Shown: positions 38,691 to 56,559 of the stretch, one piece after another | Layout: every line of letters begins with the position of its first letter | Position numbering within the stretch: the stretch's first letter is position 1 | Origin: Eledone cirrhosa | Taxonomy: Eukaryota | Reading direction: 5' to 3' | NCBI GenBank assembly: GCA_964016885.1 | Contig: OZ024740.1 | Location: forward strand, 312,356,001-312,420,000 | Length of the DNA: 64,000 nucleotides | The notes under the pieces: model-generated | What the model saw: only the letters and a program-made list of their open reading frames with translations | Told to the model about the DNA's origin: nothing | Databases searched by the model: none | Program-made: the position numbers and the translations under genes

Positions 38691-38769
38691 AGAAGTCTGC
38701 TTGTTTTATACATGTATAAAAGGTAATTTTTTTTTTTTTTCCTTTTGATCTTGTGTTTTATTCTCTTAG

Positions 38770-38923
38770 TCACAGTTGGTGGTGGAAATGTACAAGCTTA
38801 CCAGATTGCAACATCTTTGCCTCAAGGAGTTGTTATGGCAACTACTGGAAGTCCAATTACCAGTCCTCAACAATTATCAGAAGAAGCAGCTCGGAAACGG
38901 GAACTTCGTTTATTAAAAAACAG
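38770..38923 (+). CDS. CREB1: CREB coding exon 5 (Q2 end, start of basic region)
   Basis: Encodes (V)TVGGGNVQAYQIATSLPQGVVMATTGSPITSPQQLSEEAARKRELRLLKN(R). Donor AG|GTAAGA, phase 2. Confidence 0.95.
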
Positions 38924-41104
38924 GTAAGAGCATGAATCAAAATTATTTGCAAATTTCCTACAAACGATGGTATTTTAAAAGTTTAATTTGTTTAAATATC
39001 AGCAAGATATTTAGTAAATGAAACAAGAATAACTTTTGAAAATAATGAAGATGTTAATCATAAGTCAACTTAAAAACCAAAGACATGATGTATGTGAGAG
39101 GATGAATATTTTGATTGATTTACTCTTTATCTAGCTCAAATGGTTATATTTTATACAACAATTAGGAACCCATTAGTAGCAGAAAATAAATAAAGATGAT
39201 GCAAAAGATGAGTGGTTTGAGGGAGATTTGGTTACAACTTCTAGTAGTTTGAGTGATCATGTAGGCACTTCTCTCATTGGCTTCAGAGACAGTTTTGAGA
39301 TGGTTATGTTGCTAACTGTTCACTCAGATGATAGAAGGGATAGTTGTCAGCTAGGCAGACTGAAACAAGTATATGAATGGCTGTAATTTGTTTCATAAAT
39401 GAGCTGGTGCTAACTTTGACATCTTAAAATCTTTATTATACTGAATATACTGATATAAAAAAATAACAACAAAAAAAAAACTATTAAAAAAAATTATGAA
39501 CCAAGCATATACATTATAATTTTTTTAATAGTTTTTCTATTAATTTTGAAAATAATCAAATATTTGGAGGAATTTAATCTTTCATTAGTAAGCTATTTAG
39601 GACATTACTTAACAAAAATTTCTTAAATAAAATTATAACAGAAGGATTTAACATAAGTAGAAACATCTTAAAATGAGCAGTTTTGTATCATAAATGCAGA
39701 GCAATTTCAAGGGGTTTGGTATCAAAAAGATTAATAGTATTGATTTATAACATTGGTCATATGTTTTCTGAAGTGTACATAACATCAGTATATGATTATT
39801 ATTTATTTTATCGACCCTCTCTCTCCATCTTTGGAATTACGTACATCGGCAGAGTTTGAACTGAGAATGTAAGAGGATGTAATTAGTAGCTCAAAGCATT
39901 TTGGTGGTCCTGCTTATTGATTTTACGACCCCAAATAGTGCTGCGATTTTTAGAGCTATTTGTAAGTCTCCTATTATTTATTGGTATACTTATCTTGCAA
40001 TAGTTTGTATTTCAAATTGTCTCTATATACCAGTGTTACCTAAAGAGGACTCTGAAAAATTCTAGGGTTCTTTGAGACTAGGTGACTTTTAATAATATTC
40101 AATAAAAATAAATTAACTCTTTTTTTATATGAATAAATTCTTTCTGAAACAATTTTTGTTTCATTTAATGTTTTTTAAAATTATAATTAGGGTGGTGGGG
40201 ATTGTCTGTAAAATATTGGCACGGTTTTATGATTTTTGAAAAATTGTAAAGGGATTCTGACACAAAATAAACTTTGGAAACTGTTATATACAATAGAAAA
40301 GTGACAAAAATGTCAAGGGGATTCTGAAAAATCTAAGTTAAAGGGGTAAAAGGTTTTGTACACGTAATTTTAATATTTCATTAACAATATTCTTGCAAAT
40401 ATGACTGTGCCTATACATTTGAACCAAATTTACCTTCTGTTTTTCTAAACTTGACAACTTAAGCATCCAAAATATACTGGGATTAATCCAGAGCTGCATT
40501 AAGTCCTTTTGAGGCTTTAAGTATTTAAAAGATTATGGTGTCTCCTATATATAAAGATGGCAAAAATAATTTTATTTGAATGAAAAATACAATTATTTTG
40601 AATAAAATAGTGCCCTTCTTTTGATGCCTTAAACATGTGCTTATTTTGCTTAATGGCTAATCTAATCATATAATCAAGAGATTTACAACCTTTTTTGTCT
40701 TTCTTTCTCCATGTCAACCTTTCAAAAGTAAATCTATGCCAATGCTGTTTTGTTCAGTAATTTGAATTTATACACAACTGATAAAGGAGAAATTCTAGGT
40801 TCAGATATCAATAGTAGCATGAAACCACATTATCAGCCTACTTCAAATTGTTTTAAATTTAATTGAAAATATACAAATTTGTACAAATCCAAATATCAGC
40901 AAATTTACCCCCTGGGTAGGTGAAATTTTATTCCATGTTTGGAACCCCTGATCTAATATCTTGCCTCCTATTTGTATAATTTTAGTTTTGTGCTAGTGTT
41001 AGAAATCTATGTTTTTGTAAGTTTATTACGTCTTATTGTTTTTATATTTTCTTGTTAAAAGTTTTATTCTATGTGAAACTGTTAAAGATCCTTTCTGTTT
41101 GTAG

Positions 41105-41249
41105 AGAGGCAGCCTCAGAATGTCGACGGAAGAAGAAAGAATATGTGAAATGCCTGGAAAATCGAGTATCTGTTCTGGAAAATCAAAACAAAACATTAAT
41201 AGAAGAATTGAAGGCATTAAAAGAATTGTATTGTCAAAAAGATGGATAA
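41105..41249 (+). CDS. CREB1: CREB terminal coding exon (basic region and leucine zipper)
   Basis: Acceptor tttgtag|A. Encodes EAASECRRKKKEYVKCLENRVSVLENQNKTLIEELKALKELYCQKDG*, nearly identical to the known CREB bZIP. Confidence 0.97.
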
Positions 41250-43200
41250 ATTGGATATGGTGATTATGTTCTCCCTAAATGTAAAGAAGAGGCAACGCGC
41301 AATTTGCTGTTCCCACTCTTCGAACAATTTGAGTTTTAACTTTTATTTCAACCAGTTTAACTACAAACAACTGCATCTTCAAATCACTTAAAAATAATAA
41401 ATACAAATAAAGTTTTTTGTTTTTTTCTGTTTTTATTTTTTGCTTTATTTTTTGTTATTTTTTCTTTTATTTTTACTTTCTTTTATTTCCCTTTTGTAGT
41501 TTTTTTTTGCAAGTTCTTATTTTAATAATATTGCTCCACATCAACCCTTCCCACCAAAAAATATTTTTAGGAGAAGTCTGACAGTATGGGTTGATGCATA
41601 ATGAGTTTCATTATTTTCTGTCTTATATGGTGTAGTAATTTTTAATTTTCTATGATTTCAATGAATTCTTAAAATAAGTATTCTATCAACTGTTAATTTG
41701 TTTTTCTTTTTTTCTGAAACCTTATTGTTTTTATTTTATTTTGTTTCATATTTGAAGAATGACTGATTTATTTTAAAATTTTATTTTTTCTGTTGCAATT
41801 TCAATTCATTTTATTCTTTGAATACTATTGATATTCCAATTCCGAGTGAAAAGAATGCTGCTGGGTGGAGTAAACACGAGGAAGAGTGGTGAGAAAAAAT
41901 TTGGGAATAATAAAAAAAAAAGAAAAAAGAAAAAAGAAAAATAATTTTTAATAAAATTGGGGTTTGCTATGTAATTTCATTTGGAATGTTACCAAAACTA
42001 TTTTTAACTTTTACAACTCCAAATTGAAAGCATCTCATTATGAACTGAGTCAGCAGTTTACAGATCATTCCTAAAATTGCACTGAAATTACTTGGTGGAA
42101 ACTGTGCAGATCTTTTTACTTCATGCATTTTGTCTGTTTCTATAAAATTGTTTACATTTTCAAAATAGCTTTTCTTTCTTTTTCTGTTTATTTTTTTTCT
42201 TGTTTCTTTAATCCATTTATTTAGAATTTGAATTTTTCTATGTATTTTAATTTTGTGCAAATAATTTTAGACAGTTCTGTTGTGGTAAATATAAGAGACA
42301 CCAGGATATGTATTAATTTTCCATTTTTTAAAATCCATTATCCCCATATAAAGCTTGAGGTTTGCTGATAATAAGTTCCAGGGACTAAGCTGCTAGCTAG
42401 CTGCAGCAGATTCAAATTTTAATTTCAAAGTAAATTTAATGAATTTATTTCAAAATTGACAGAAAAAAGTTTTCGAGATAATTTTGTTAAACCTAAGGAT
42501 AATATCAGTTTTTAAAATTTTGCATTTTGTCATATCCATCATGATGACATCTGATGAACAATCTATTAGATACTTTCAGCTTTTGTGGGTGAGAGTTAGT
42601 AAATCATAATAATAATTATATGTTTCTTGATCTATATTTTGTCAGAGCCTGGAGACAAATGAACTATTATAGTGTGTAATAGGTTTTAGGGCAATATTAA
42701 AGCTGTTGTTGGTAAGGTTAATTCAGCCAATGTGAAACTGAGCATCAAGGAACTTTTAAAAAGACTACAGAACACATTATGTTCTTGAATGGAGAAGTAA
42801 AGTTTATGTAAATGTTCCTATTCATTTAATTCACATACTTAATATTTGGTTAATATCCCAAATGTGGTGAATATCCAATTTCATTAGATACAATTCATTT
42901 CTTTGTTAACCGGAATATATTATTAAGTTCTGAAATGTTTTTTTTTTAAATTTTCACCATTCATTAATATACATATATATTTTTTTTATTGCAATGGAAA
43001 TCTTTGAAGATTTGGGTTTGTATTTGAATTTCTTGGATCATATATATGTTTCACAACCACAAATAATACATCAATCAAATATTTTACTGTTACAGCTTTG
43101 TTACAAATCATTTTATTACATCCTGGAATTAATATTTTTGTATGAGAGTGGGTTGCTTCTTGAGAACTATGGGAACAATAATAATTATTATTTTCTCTGG
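41250..43200 (+). other. CREB 3'UTR region (U-rich; end not determinable)
   Basis: Long T-rich, largely transposon-free stretch after the stop codon. AATAAA at about 41396, 41406 and 41950. Confidence 0.5.
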
Positions 43201-43229
43201 TTTTGTCATTAAGATCTCATCACCCCTTC

Positions 43230-43662
43230 TTCTTTTTAGATCTTAAACATCCCTAGAGGGAAAATTTCTTTACTCGTTACACGAATAAGCTCAGTTAATC
43301 AAAGCCTTTCAACCTACTGTGTTACATATATGACACTTTATCTTATATGTATTTGGTATGTACTGTCCTATTGTTGATATTCAGTGTCACTATATTCCCT
43401 CCGTTTCTGTATATACTGATCACTCCTATGCCTTGCCAACTGACCTGAATATTCCTCACTGAATATTCAAATAACATCAAAACATGTCTATGGCTTTCAC
43501 CAGCTGGATTTTCAATTTCATTGTCAATTTCTTAAAAAAATTTTGATTGACTGTTTTTATTGGAGTTATCTGCCTTGCTTATTGTTTTTAGGTTTTAAAT
43601 ACTCCAGAGGGGTTTTTAATCTACTAATTGGTTAGATAATCTCAGTTAATCAAAAGTTTTTA
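43230..43662 (+). mobile_element. Old partial-tandem repeat (~350-bp unit) with fossil hammerhead, copy 2
   Basis: Shares CCTATTGTTGATATTCA, TATATACTGATCACT and CTTGCCAACTGA with the copy at 16150-16612. Internal direct repeat CTCAGTTAATCAAA at about 43290 and 43640. Confidence 0.5.
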
Positions 43663-43820
43663 ATTTTTGATTAACATAACATTAATATAACATATATTAC
43701 ATAACTGACACCATATGTATATTCAATATGCAGAACACTATCCTCAGGTGTTTTCCATCACCTTTATTGTTAATATCCACAATCAGTGTCGTTACATTCC
43801 CCCCTCTCTCTCTCTTCCTG

Positions 43821-43856
<36 letters not shown>

Positions 43857-43883
43857 TGCACACATATATATATATATACACAC

Positions 43884-43914
<31 letters not shown>

Positions 43915-43945
43915 TATATATATATAGGCACATGTGTAGGCACAT

Positions 43946-44277
43946 GGCTTAGCGGTTAGAGCATTGGCCTGGCAATCGAAAGGTTGTGAGTTCAATTCTC
44001 AGACCGGGTGATGTGTTGTTTCCTTGAGCAAGACACTTTATTTCACATTGCTCCAGTTTACTCAGCTGTAGAAATGAGATGATAGGGACACTGGTGTCCC
44101 TATCATTCCACTGCAAAGTGGACGTGTAGGTGCCACGGCAAAAAAGCACCCAGCACTCACTGTAAATGGGGTTGGTGTTAGGAAGGGCATCCAGCTGTAG
44201 AAATCAAGCCAGAATCAGTTCCCGTCCCACCCTTGCAAGCAGGGAAAAGCGGACGTAAAATGATGATGATGATGATG

Positions 44278-44279
<2 letters not shown>
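43946..44279 (+). mobile_element. tRNA-derived CORE-type SINE with RTE-derived 3' tail
   Basis: A box TGGCTTAGCGG, B box GAGTTCAATTC, CORE-like TCCTTGAGCAAGACACTT. The tail is shared with the RTE family A 3'UTR and ends in (GAT)n. Flanked by (TA)n. Confidence 0.85.
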
Positions 44280-44959
<680 letters not shown>

Positions 44960-44960
<1 letters not shown>

Positions 44961-46555
44961 TCATCATCATCATCGTTTAATGTCCATGTTCCACGCTTGC
45001 ATGGGTTTGGACGGGAGTTTTCCCACTTGAGGCAAGAGTGGTTGTCTTGCTCGCATAGGACTGTCTGGCGGGTTTTCTACAGCTGGATGCCCTTCCTAAC
45101 ACCAACCACATTTACAGTGTGGGACTGGGAGGTTTTTACCGTGTTGCCTACACGGCCACATTACAGCGTGGACTGTGTTTTTTTTTTTGTCGTGACACCT
45201 ACACGATCTCATTTGTTTCGGCCTGGATGTTGTGGCACCAACATAACTTTACATTGAAAGGGGCGGTGGGGGTGGTGGGACAGGGGTGTATTTTGTTAGA
45301 GATGCCTACTGACTGTAGTAGGTTTGACTTTGTATTTAGGTAAGGCGGGTCTTTTCTATTACTGAGTGCCGCCAAAGATCTCGGTCCAGTGAGATTGTCT
45401 TGGAGAGGTGTAAGTGTGTGAGGTCGGAGTTTATCAGGTCGCCCCAGGTTTTTCTGGGTCTGCCTACTCCGTGGCTACCGTCTATCTTTATTGCCCTGCA
45501 CTTTTTTATACAGCTGTCGTCTTTCATGCGCATTACGTGACCATACCAACGTAGCCTTCTCTCGAGTAAACAACATCTGATCCCTCTTATTTCTAATTTT
45601 TCCCTTAGTTCGTTTATGCTTTGCCGTTCACGTATATTACTATTACACATCCAGCGGAGCATGCAAGCTTCGTTCCTCTCTAGTCTGCGTATATCCTCTG
45701 CACACAATGCCCAGGTCTCACTGCCATGCAACATTGCTGTTCGTATGCAGGCATCATACAGACTGCCTTTCATTTTTAGGGAGAACCCTTTAGCGGCTAA
45801 TAGTGGTATAAGCTCTCTGAACTTTTTCCATCCAGTTCTGACTCTAGCTACTGTACTTTCAGAGCACCCTCCCCCACTGCTGATTTTGTCACCCAGGTAA
45901 CGGGAGCTGTCTGCTATTTCTATAGAACCCTCTGCGCAATTGAAAGAGCTAGTATTTTGTGGGCACTTGCTACTACTTATTGCACCAGAGCACCGGCCAC
46001 ATGTAAAATCTATGTTCTTAGTTAGCTTACCTATGATCCCACTACATCTTTTATGCACCCATACTTTGCATTTGGGACAAAATGGAGTTTCTACCTACGC
46101 CTTTCCTACACACTGAGCATGGCCATTTCCCGGAAGGGATTGGCGCCTTATTTTCTTTCCTACAAACTAGAACTTTAGTCTTAGCCAGGTTAATTTTAAG
46201 GCCTTTTGATTCTAGGCCATGCTTCCATGTTTGGAATTTCTTCTGTAGCTCGGCCATTGATTCAGCTATGAGCGTTAGATCATCTGCGTATAGGAGTTCC
46301 CATGGGCAGCCGGTCTTGAACTCCTCTGTTATAGCCTGAAGGGCAATAATAAATAAGAGGGGGCTAAGGACAGAGCCTTGATGAATGCCAACTTTTACAC
46401 TAAATTCTTCACAATATTCATTGTTAATTCTAACCTTGCTGACTGTTTCTTTATACATGGCTTGTATAGCTCTCACAAGCTATTCGTCAACACCTAGTTT
46501 TCTAAGGGCCCACCAGATAATGGAACGGGGGACTCTGTCGAAGGCTTTCTCCAAG

Positions 46556-46559
<4 letters not shown>
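44960..46559 (-). mobile_element. RTE-clade LINE, 5'-truncated (family B), near-identical to 25098-26710
   Basis: Colinear with the intronic copy. 2-nt deletion frameshift at about 46079. Flanked by (TA)n arrays on both sides. Confidence 0.93.
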
Positions 46560-46605
<46 letters not shown>

Positions 46606-46678
46606 CACACATATATATATATACACTCATATACATATATATACACACACACACATATATATATACACACATATATAT

Positions 46679-46711
<33 letters not shown>

Positions 46712-46718
46712 AATATAT

Positions 46719-46755
<37 letters not shown>

Positions 46756-46944
46756 AATATATAATATATATATAATATATATATATATATTATATATATA
46801 TATATATTATAATATATAATATATATATATATATAATATATAATATATATATATATATAATATATATATATATATATAATATATATATATATATAATATA
46901 TATAATATATATATATATTATATATATATATATATAATATATAT

Positions 46945-47029
<85 letters not shown>

Positions 47030-47064
47030 ATATATATATTATATATATATATAATATATATATT

Positions 47065-47096
<32 letters not shown>

Positions 47097-47226
47097 ATAT
47101 ATATATTATATATATATATAATATATATATTATATATATATATAATATATATATTATATATATATTATATATATATATATATAATATATATATATTATAT
47201 ATATATATAATATATATATTATATAT

Positions 47227-47327
<101 letters not shown>

Positions 47328-47494
47328 ATATATATATATATATAATATATATAATATATATATATATAATATATAATATATATATAATATATATATATAT
47401 AATTATAATATATATAATATATATATATATAATATATAATATATATAATATATATATATATAATATATATATAATATATATATATATAATATAC

Positions 47495-47543
<49 letters not shown>

Positions 47544-47900
47544 CATATATATATACATATATATATATATATACATATATATATACATATATATATATAT
47601 ATACATATATATATACATATATATATACATATATATATATATATACATATATATATACATATATATATACATATATATATATATATACATATATACATAT
47701 ATATACATATACATATATATACATATATATATACATATATATATACATATATATATATATATACATATATACATATATATACATATACATATATATACAT
47801 ATACATATACATATATATATATACATATATATACATATATATATACATATATATATATACATATATATATACATATATATATATATACATATATATATAC

Positions 47901-47963
<63 letters not shown>

Positions 47964-47984
47964 TATATACATATATATATATAT

Positions 47985-48108
<124 letters not shown>

Positions 48109-48536
48109 ATATATACATATATATATACATATATATATATACATATATATATATATACATATATATATACATATATATATATATACATATATATATACAT
48201 ATATATATATACATATATATATATATACATATATATATACATATATATATACATATATATATATATACATATATATATATACATATATATATATATACAT
48301 ATATATATACATATATATATATACATATATATATATATACATATATATATACATATATATATATACATATATATATATATACATATATATATACATATAT
48401 ATATATTTACATATATATATATTTACATATATATATACATATATATATATATACATATATATACATATACATATATATACATATACATATATATATACAT
48501 ATACATATATATACATATACATATATATACATATAC

Positions 48537-48586
<50 letters not shown>

Positions 48587-48662
48587 ATACATATACATAT
48601 ATATACATATACATATATATATATATACATATATATATACATATACATATATATATATATAC

Positions 48663-48846
<184 letters not shown>

Positions 48847-48852
48847 ATATAC

Positions 48853-49440
<588 letters not shown>

Positions 49441-49474
49441 CATATATGTATATATACATATATGTATATATACA

Positions 49475-49524
<50 letters not shown>

Positions 49525-49555
49525 CATATATATATATACATATATATATATATAC

Positions 49556-49587
<32 letters not shown>

Positions 49588-49625
49588 GTATACATATATA
49601 TATGTATACATATATATATGTATAC

Positions 49626-49661
<36 letters not shown>

Positions 49662-49667
49662 GTATAC

Positions 49668-49826
<159 letters not shown>

Positions 49827-49840
49827 CATATATATATATG

Positions 49841-49907
<67 letters not shown>

Positions 49908-49967
49908 GTATACATATATATATATGTATACATATATATATATGTATACATATATATATATGTATAC

Positions 49968-50154
<187 letters not shown>

Positions 50155-50167
50155 TACATATATATAC

Positions 50168-50232
<65 letters not shown>

Positions 50233-50247
50233 CATATATATATATAC

Positions 50248-50294
<47 letters not shown>

Positions 50295-50337
50295 CATATA
50301 TATATATACATATATATATATACATATATATATATAC

Positions 50338-50384
<47 letters not shown>

Positions 50385-50385
50385 C

Positions 50386-50448
<63 letters not shown>

Positions 50449-50449
50449 C

Positions 50450-50609
<160 letters not shown>

Positions 50610-50617
50610 GTATATAC

Positions 50618-50674
<57 letters not shown>

Positions 50675-50695
50675 CATATATATACATATATATAC

Positions 50696-50750
<55 letters not shown>

Positions 50751-51137
50751 CATACATATATACATACATATATATATATATACATACATATATACATACA
50801 TATATACATACATATATATATATATACATACATATATACATACATATATATATATATATATACATACATATATACATACATATATATATATATACATACA
50901 TATATACATACATATATATATATATACATACATATATACATACATATATATATACATATACATATATATACATATATATATACATATACATATATATACA
51001 TATATACATACATATATATATACATATATATATATATATACATATATACATATATATATACATACATATATATATATATACACATATACATATATATACA
51101 TATATACATACATATATATATATATACATATATATAC

Positions 51138-51168
<31 letters not shown>

Positions 51169-51237
51169 CATATATATATATACATATATATATATATACA
51201 TATATATACATATATATATATACATATATATATATAC

Positions 51238-51400
<163 letters not shown>

Positions 51401-51425
51401 TATACATATATATATATATATATAC

Positions 51426-51676
<251 letters not shown>

Positions 51677-51682
51677 CATACA

Positions 51683-51718
<36 letters not shown>

Positions 51719-51724
51719 CATACA

Positions 51725-51760
<36 letters not shown>

Positions 51761-51768
51761 CATACATA

Positions 51769-51854
<86 letters not shown>

Positions 51855-51859
51855 CATAC

Positions 51860-51890
<31 letters not shown>

Positions 51891-51898
51891 TATGTATG

Positions 51899-51929
<31 letters not shown>

Positions 51930-51958
51930 GTTTATATATATATATGTTTATATATATG

Positions 51959-51990
<32 letters not shown>

Positions 51991-52023
51991 TGTATATGTA
52001 TGTATATATATATATATATATAT

Positions 52024-52092
<69 letters not shown>

Positions 52093-52120
52093 CATACATA
52101 TATATATATATAATACATAC

Positions 52121-52209
<89 letters not shown>

Positions 52210-52210
52210 G

Positions 52211-52434
<224 letters not shown>

Positions 52435-52437
52435 GGG

Positions 52438-52813
<376 letters not shown>

Positions 52814-52824
52814 CATATATATAT

Positions 52825-52865
<41 letters not shown>

Positions 52866-52866
52866 C

Positions 52867-53057
<191 letters not shown>

Positions 53058-53064
53058 TATATAC

Positions 53065-53241
<177 letters not shown>

Positions 53242-53248
53242 CATATAC

Positions 53249-53351
<103 letters not shown>

Positions 53352-53352
53352 C

Positions 53353-53431
<79 letters not shown>

Positions 53432-53440
53432 CATATATAC

Positions 53441-53503
<63 letters not shown>

Positions 53504-53540
53504 CATATATACATATATATATATATATACATATATACAT

Positions 53541-53667
<127 letters not shown>

Positions 53668-53668
53668 C

Positions 53669-53739
<71 letters not shown>

Positions 53740-53768
53740 TACATATATATATATATACATATATACAT

Positions 53769-54107
<339 letters not shown>

Positions 54108-54108
54108 C

Positions 54109-54157
<49 letters not shown>

Positions 54158-54164
54158 CATATAT

Positions 54165-54210
<46 letters not shown>

Positions 54211-54228
54211 GAATATATATATATATAT

Positions 54229-54282
<54 letters not shown>

Positions 54283-54341
54283 ATATATATATATATACAT
54301 GTATATATATATATATAATATACATGTATATATATATATAT

Positions 54342-54379
<38 letters not shown>

Positions 54380-54391
54380 ATATATATATAT

Positions 54392-54446
<55 letters not shown>

Positions 54447-54457
54447 CATATATATAT

Positions 54458-54657
54458 NNNNNNNNNNNNNNNNNNNNNNNNNNNNNNNNNNNNNNNNNNN
54501 NNNNNNNNNNNNNNNNNNNNNNNNNNNNNNNNNNNNNNNNNNNNNNNNNNNNNNNNNNNNNNNNNNNNNNNNNNNNNNNNNNNNNNNNNNNNNNNNNNNN
54601 NNNNNNNNNNNNNNNNNNNNNNNNNNNNNNNNNNNNNNNNNNNNNNNNNNNNNNNNN
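54458..54657. other. Assembly gap (200 N)
   Basis: Run of exactly 200 n. Confidence 0.99.
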
Positions 54658-54939
54658 AAGGATAGAATGAAAATGTAAGATGGTGGAAGTGAGAGAAAGA
54701 AGGTTAGAAAGAAGTAAAGAGTGGAGAAGAGGGCAAAGAGAGAGCAAAAGAGTGAGGGGAGAGATGAGAAAGAGAGTGAGGGAGAAAGAGATATAATTCA
54801 AACAAGGGTAGTTAAAAAGGAGAAAAGAGGAAAAAATAGAAATGTGTATGTGTAAGAGAGAAGAATTGTATGTATGGGTGAAATGTATGGCATAGCTGTG
54901 TGGTTAAGAAGTTTGTATTGCAGCAATGTACTTCCAGGT

Positions 54940-55725
54940 TTGATCTAACTCATGTAACTTGGGGGTAATGACTGAAAGAATATTATCATAAATACAAGCA
55001 GTTGAAATGGGGTTCCCCCTGAAGGGTCTTTAGAGTAACATCACTCAACAGAGTGTGTAGCTTGGAGATCAGAAAGTCACTCAAAGTAGAGCTGCTACTT
55101 CTCCGAATTGAGAGATCACAGCTCCATGGGCAGGTGGTTAGAATGTCTCAGGAAAGAATCGCTAAACAGATTTTACGGGCAAAGCCAACCAGCAGGAGAC
55201 TCAGAGGTAGACCCCGGGCAAGATGGTTGGATAACATCCATGAGCTTGGCTGATCTTCCTTGGGAATCCAGCTGGATCAGTTGGAGAGAGTTGCTTCTGA
55301 CAGGACCCACTGGAAGGAGTGTTTGAGGATTCTGCCCCTCACAACCCTTTCAAGAAGAAGAAGAAGAAGAAGAAGAAGAAGAAGAGGGAGGAGGGGAGGA
55401 GGGGGTCGCTTTTACACCTACCTCTCTTCTGATAACCAAATGCTGAAGATAGCACATTACTGCACCAGCTCCTGCAATACTTGCACTAAATTCTGCTTCT
55501 TGCCTTCCATCACTTGTGAAAATGGTTTTAAGATACTTGAACTTTTCCACCTGCATCAGTGGAACTCCACTCACATGTAGAGTGTAGTGCGCAAGTTTCC
55601 TTGAGAGAACGAATGTCTCAGTCGTCACAGCTCTGATTTTCATTTCTGCCATGCAGCACTCAACAGCAAACCTGTCAAGTGCATGTTGGAGATCACTTTC
55701 TGATGAGTTAAGTAGTACCATGTTG
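54940..55725. mobile_element. Degenerate RTE LINE (third family) in two oppositely oriented pieces
   Basis: The + strand has VMTER..IQAVEMG..LLLRIERSQL..GRPRARW and a (GAA)n tail at 55352-55385. The - strand has DLQHALDRF..VEKFKYL..FTSDG. Confidence 0.75.
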
Positions 55726-56559
55726 TTACAGATGACATAAACACTGTAAAAAAAAAAAATAAAATGAAAAACTGGTGCTTTAACATTGAAATCCCTGAAA
55801 TACAGTAAGTTACAGACATTGTTGGAAACATTCTTATTGTTCACAAAATGCAACATAAAATAAAATAAACAAGTGTATGTGAGATATGTGCATAAGGTGT
55901 GTGATTAAATAAAAAGTGGAAGTGTGTAGAGACAAGTTTGTGTAAGTGATCAGTAGGCATAGTTATTAGTGTGTCAACTAGAATGCCTTGTAATATGTAT
56001 TCAAGCTCTTCACACTCTGCATTTTAATCTGGTCTACTTTGCTTTTTAATTGTTTTGTGGTTGATAAAGAAAGTTCTAGCCCAGTGTTGGTGTAGCCCCC
56101 TCTCCCTCTAGCTGTCACATCCTGGGAGTTTTATTAGTTAAAGGGTTGGAAACAGGGCCATCTTAACAGCATTTTAAGTCACGGGGAAAAACATGCACTA
56201 GGGCCTCTGCATATACAACCACAGCATACATAGATCAGCACTGGATCCATAGATCTAATGGGTATTTGGGTAACTGCTTAATGTGCTAACTTCTTATGAT
56301 ATCACTAGTTGGAGTGTCTCTGTCTACTTGCAACTAGATAGGCATCCAAAGCCCATAGTGAAAGTATAATACATGCAATCAAATTATCCTTGATTGCGAG
56401 TAATGGCCATTGTACTTTTATGAGGAATGCCTATAAGAATGTGTAAAATGTATAAGTGTGTGCAAGAGAGTTGTGCACAAAGAGAAAAGTCTGTGTATAA
56501 GTTTAAAACATTTTCTTTTATGGTTTTCAGTCACTGGATATTGAACTACAGTATCTAGT

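Noticed and set aside
43946-44025. tRNA gene
   Set aside because: The A/B boxes belong to a SINE head that continues into CORE and LINE-derived tail. There is no acceptor stem.
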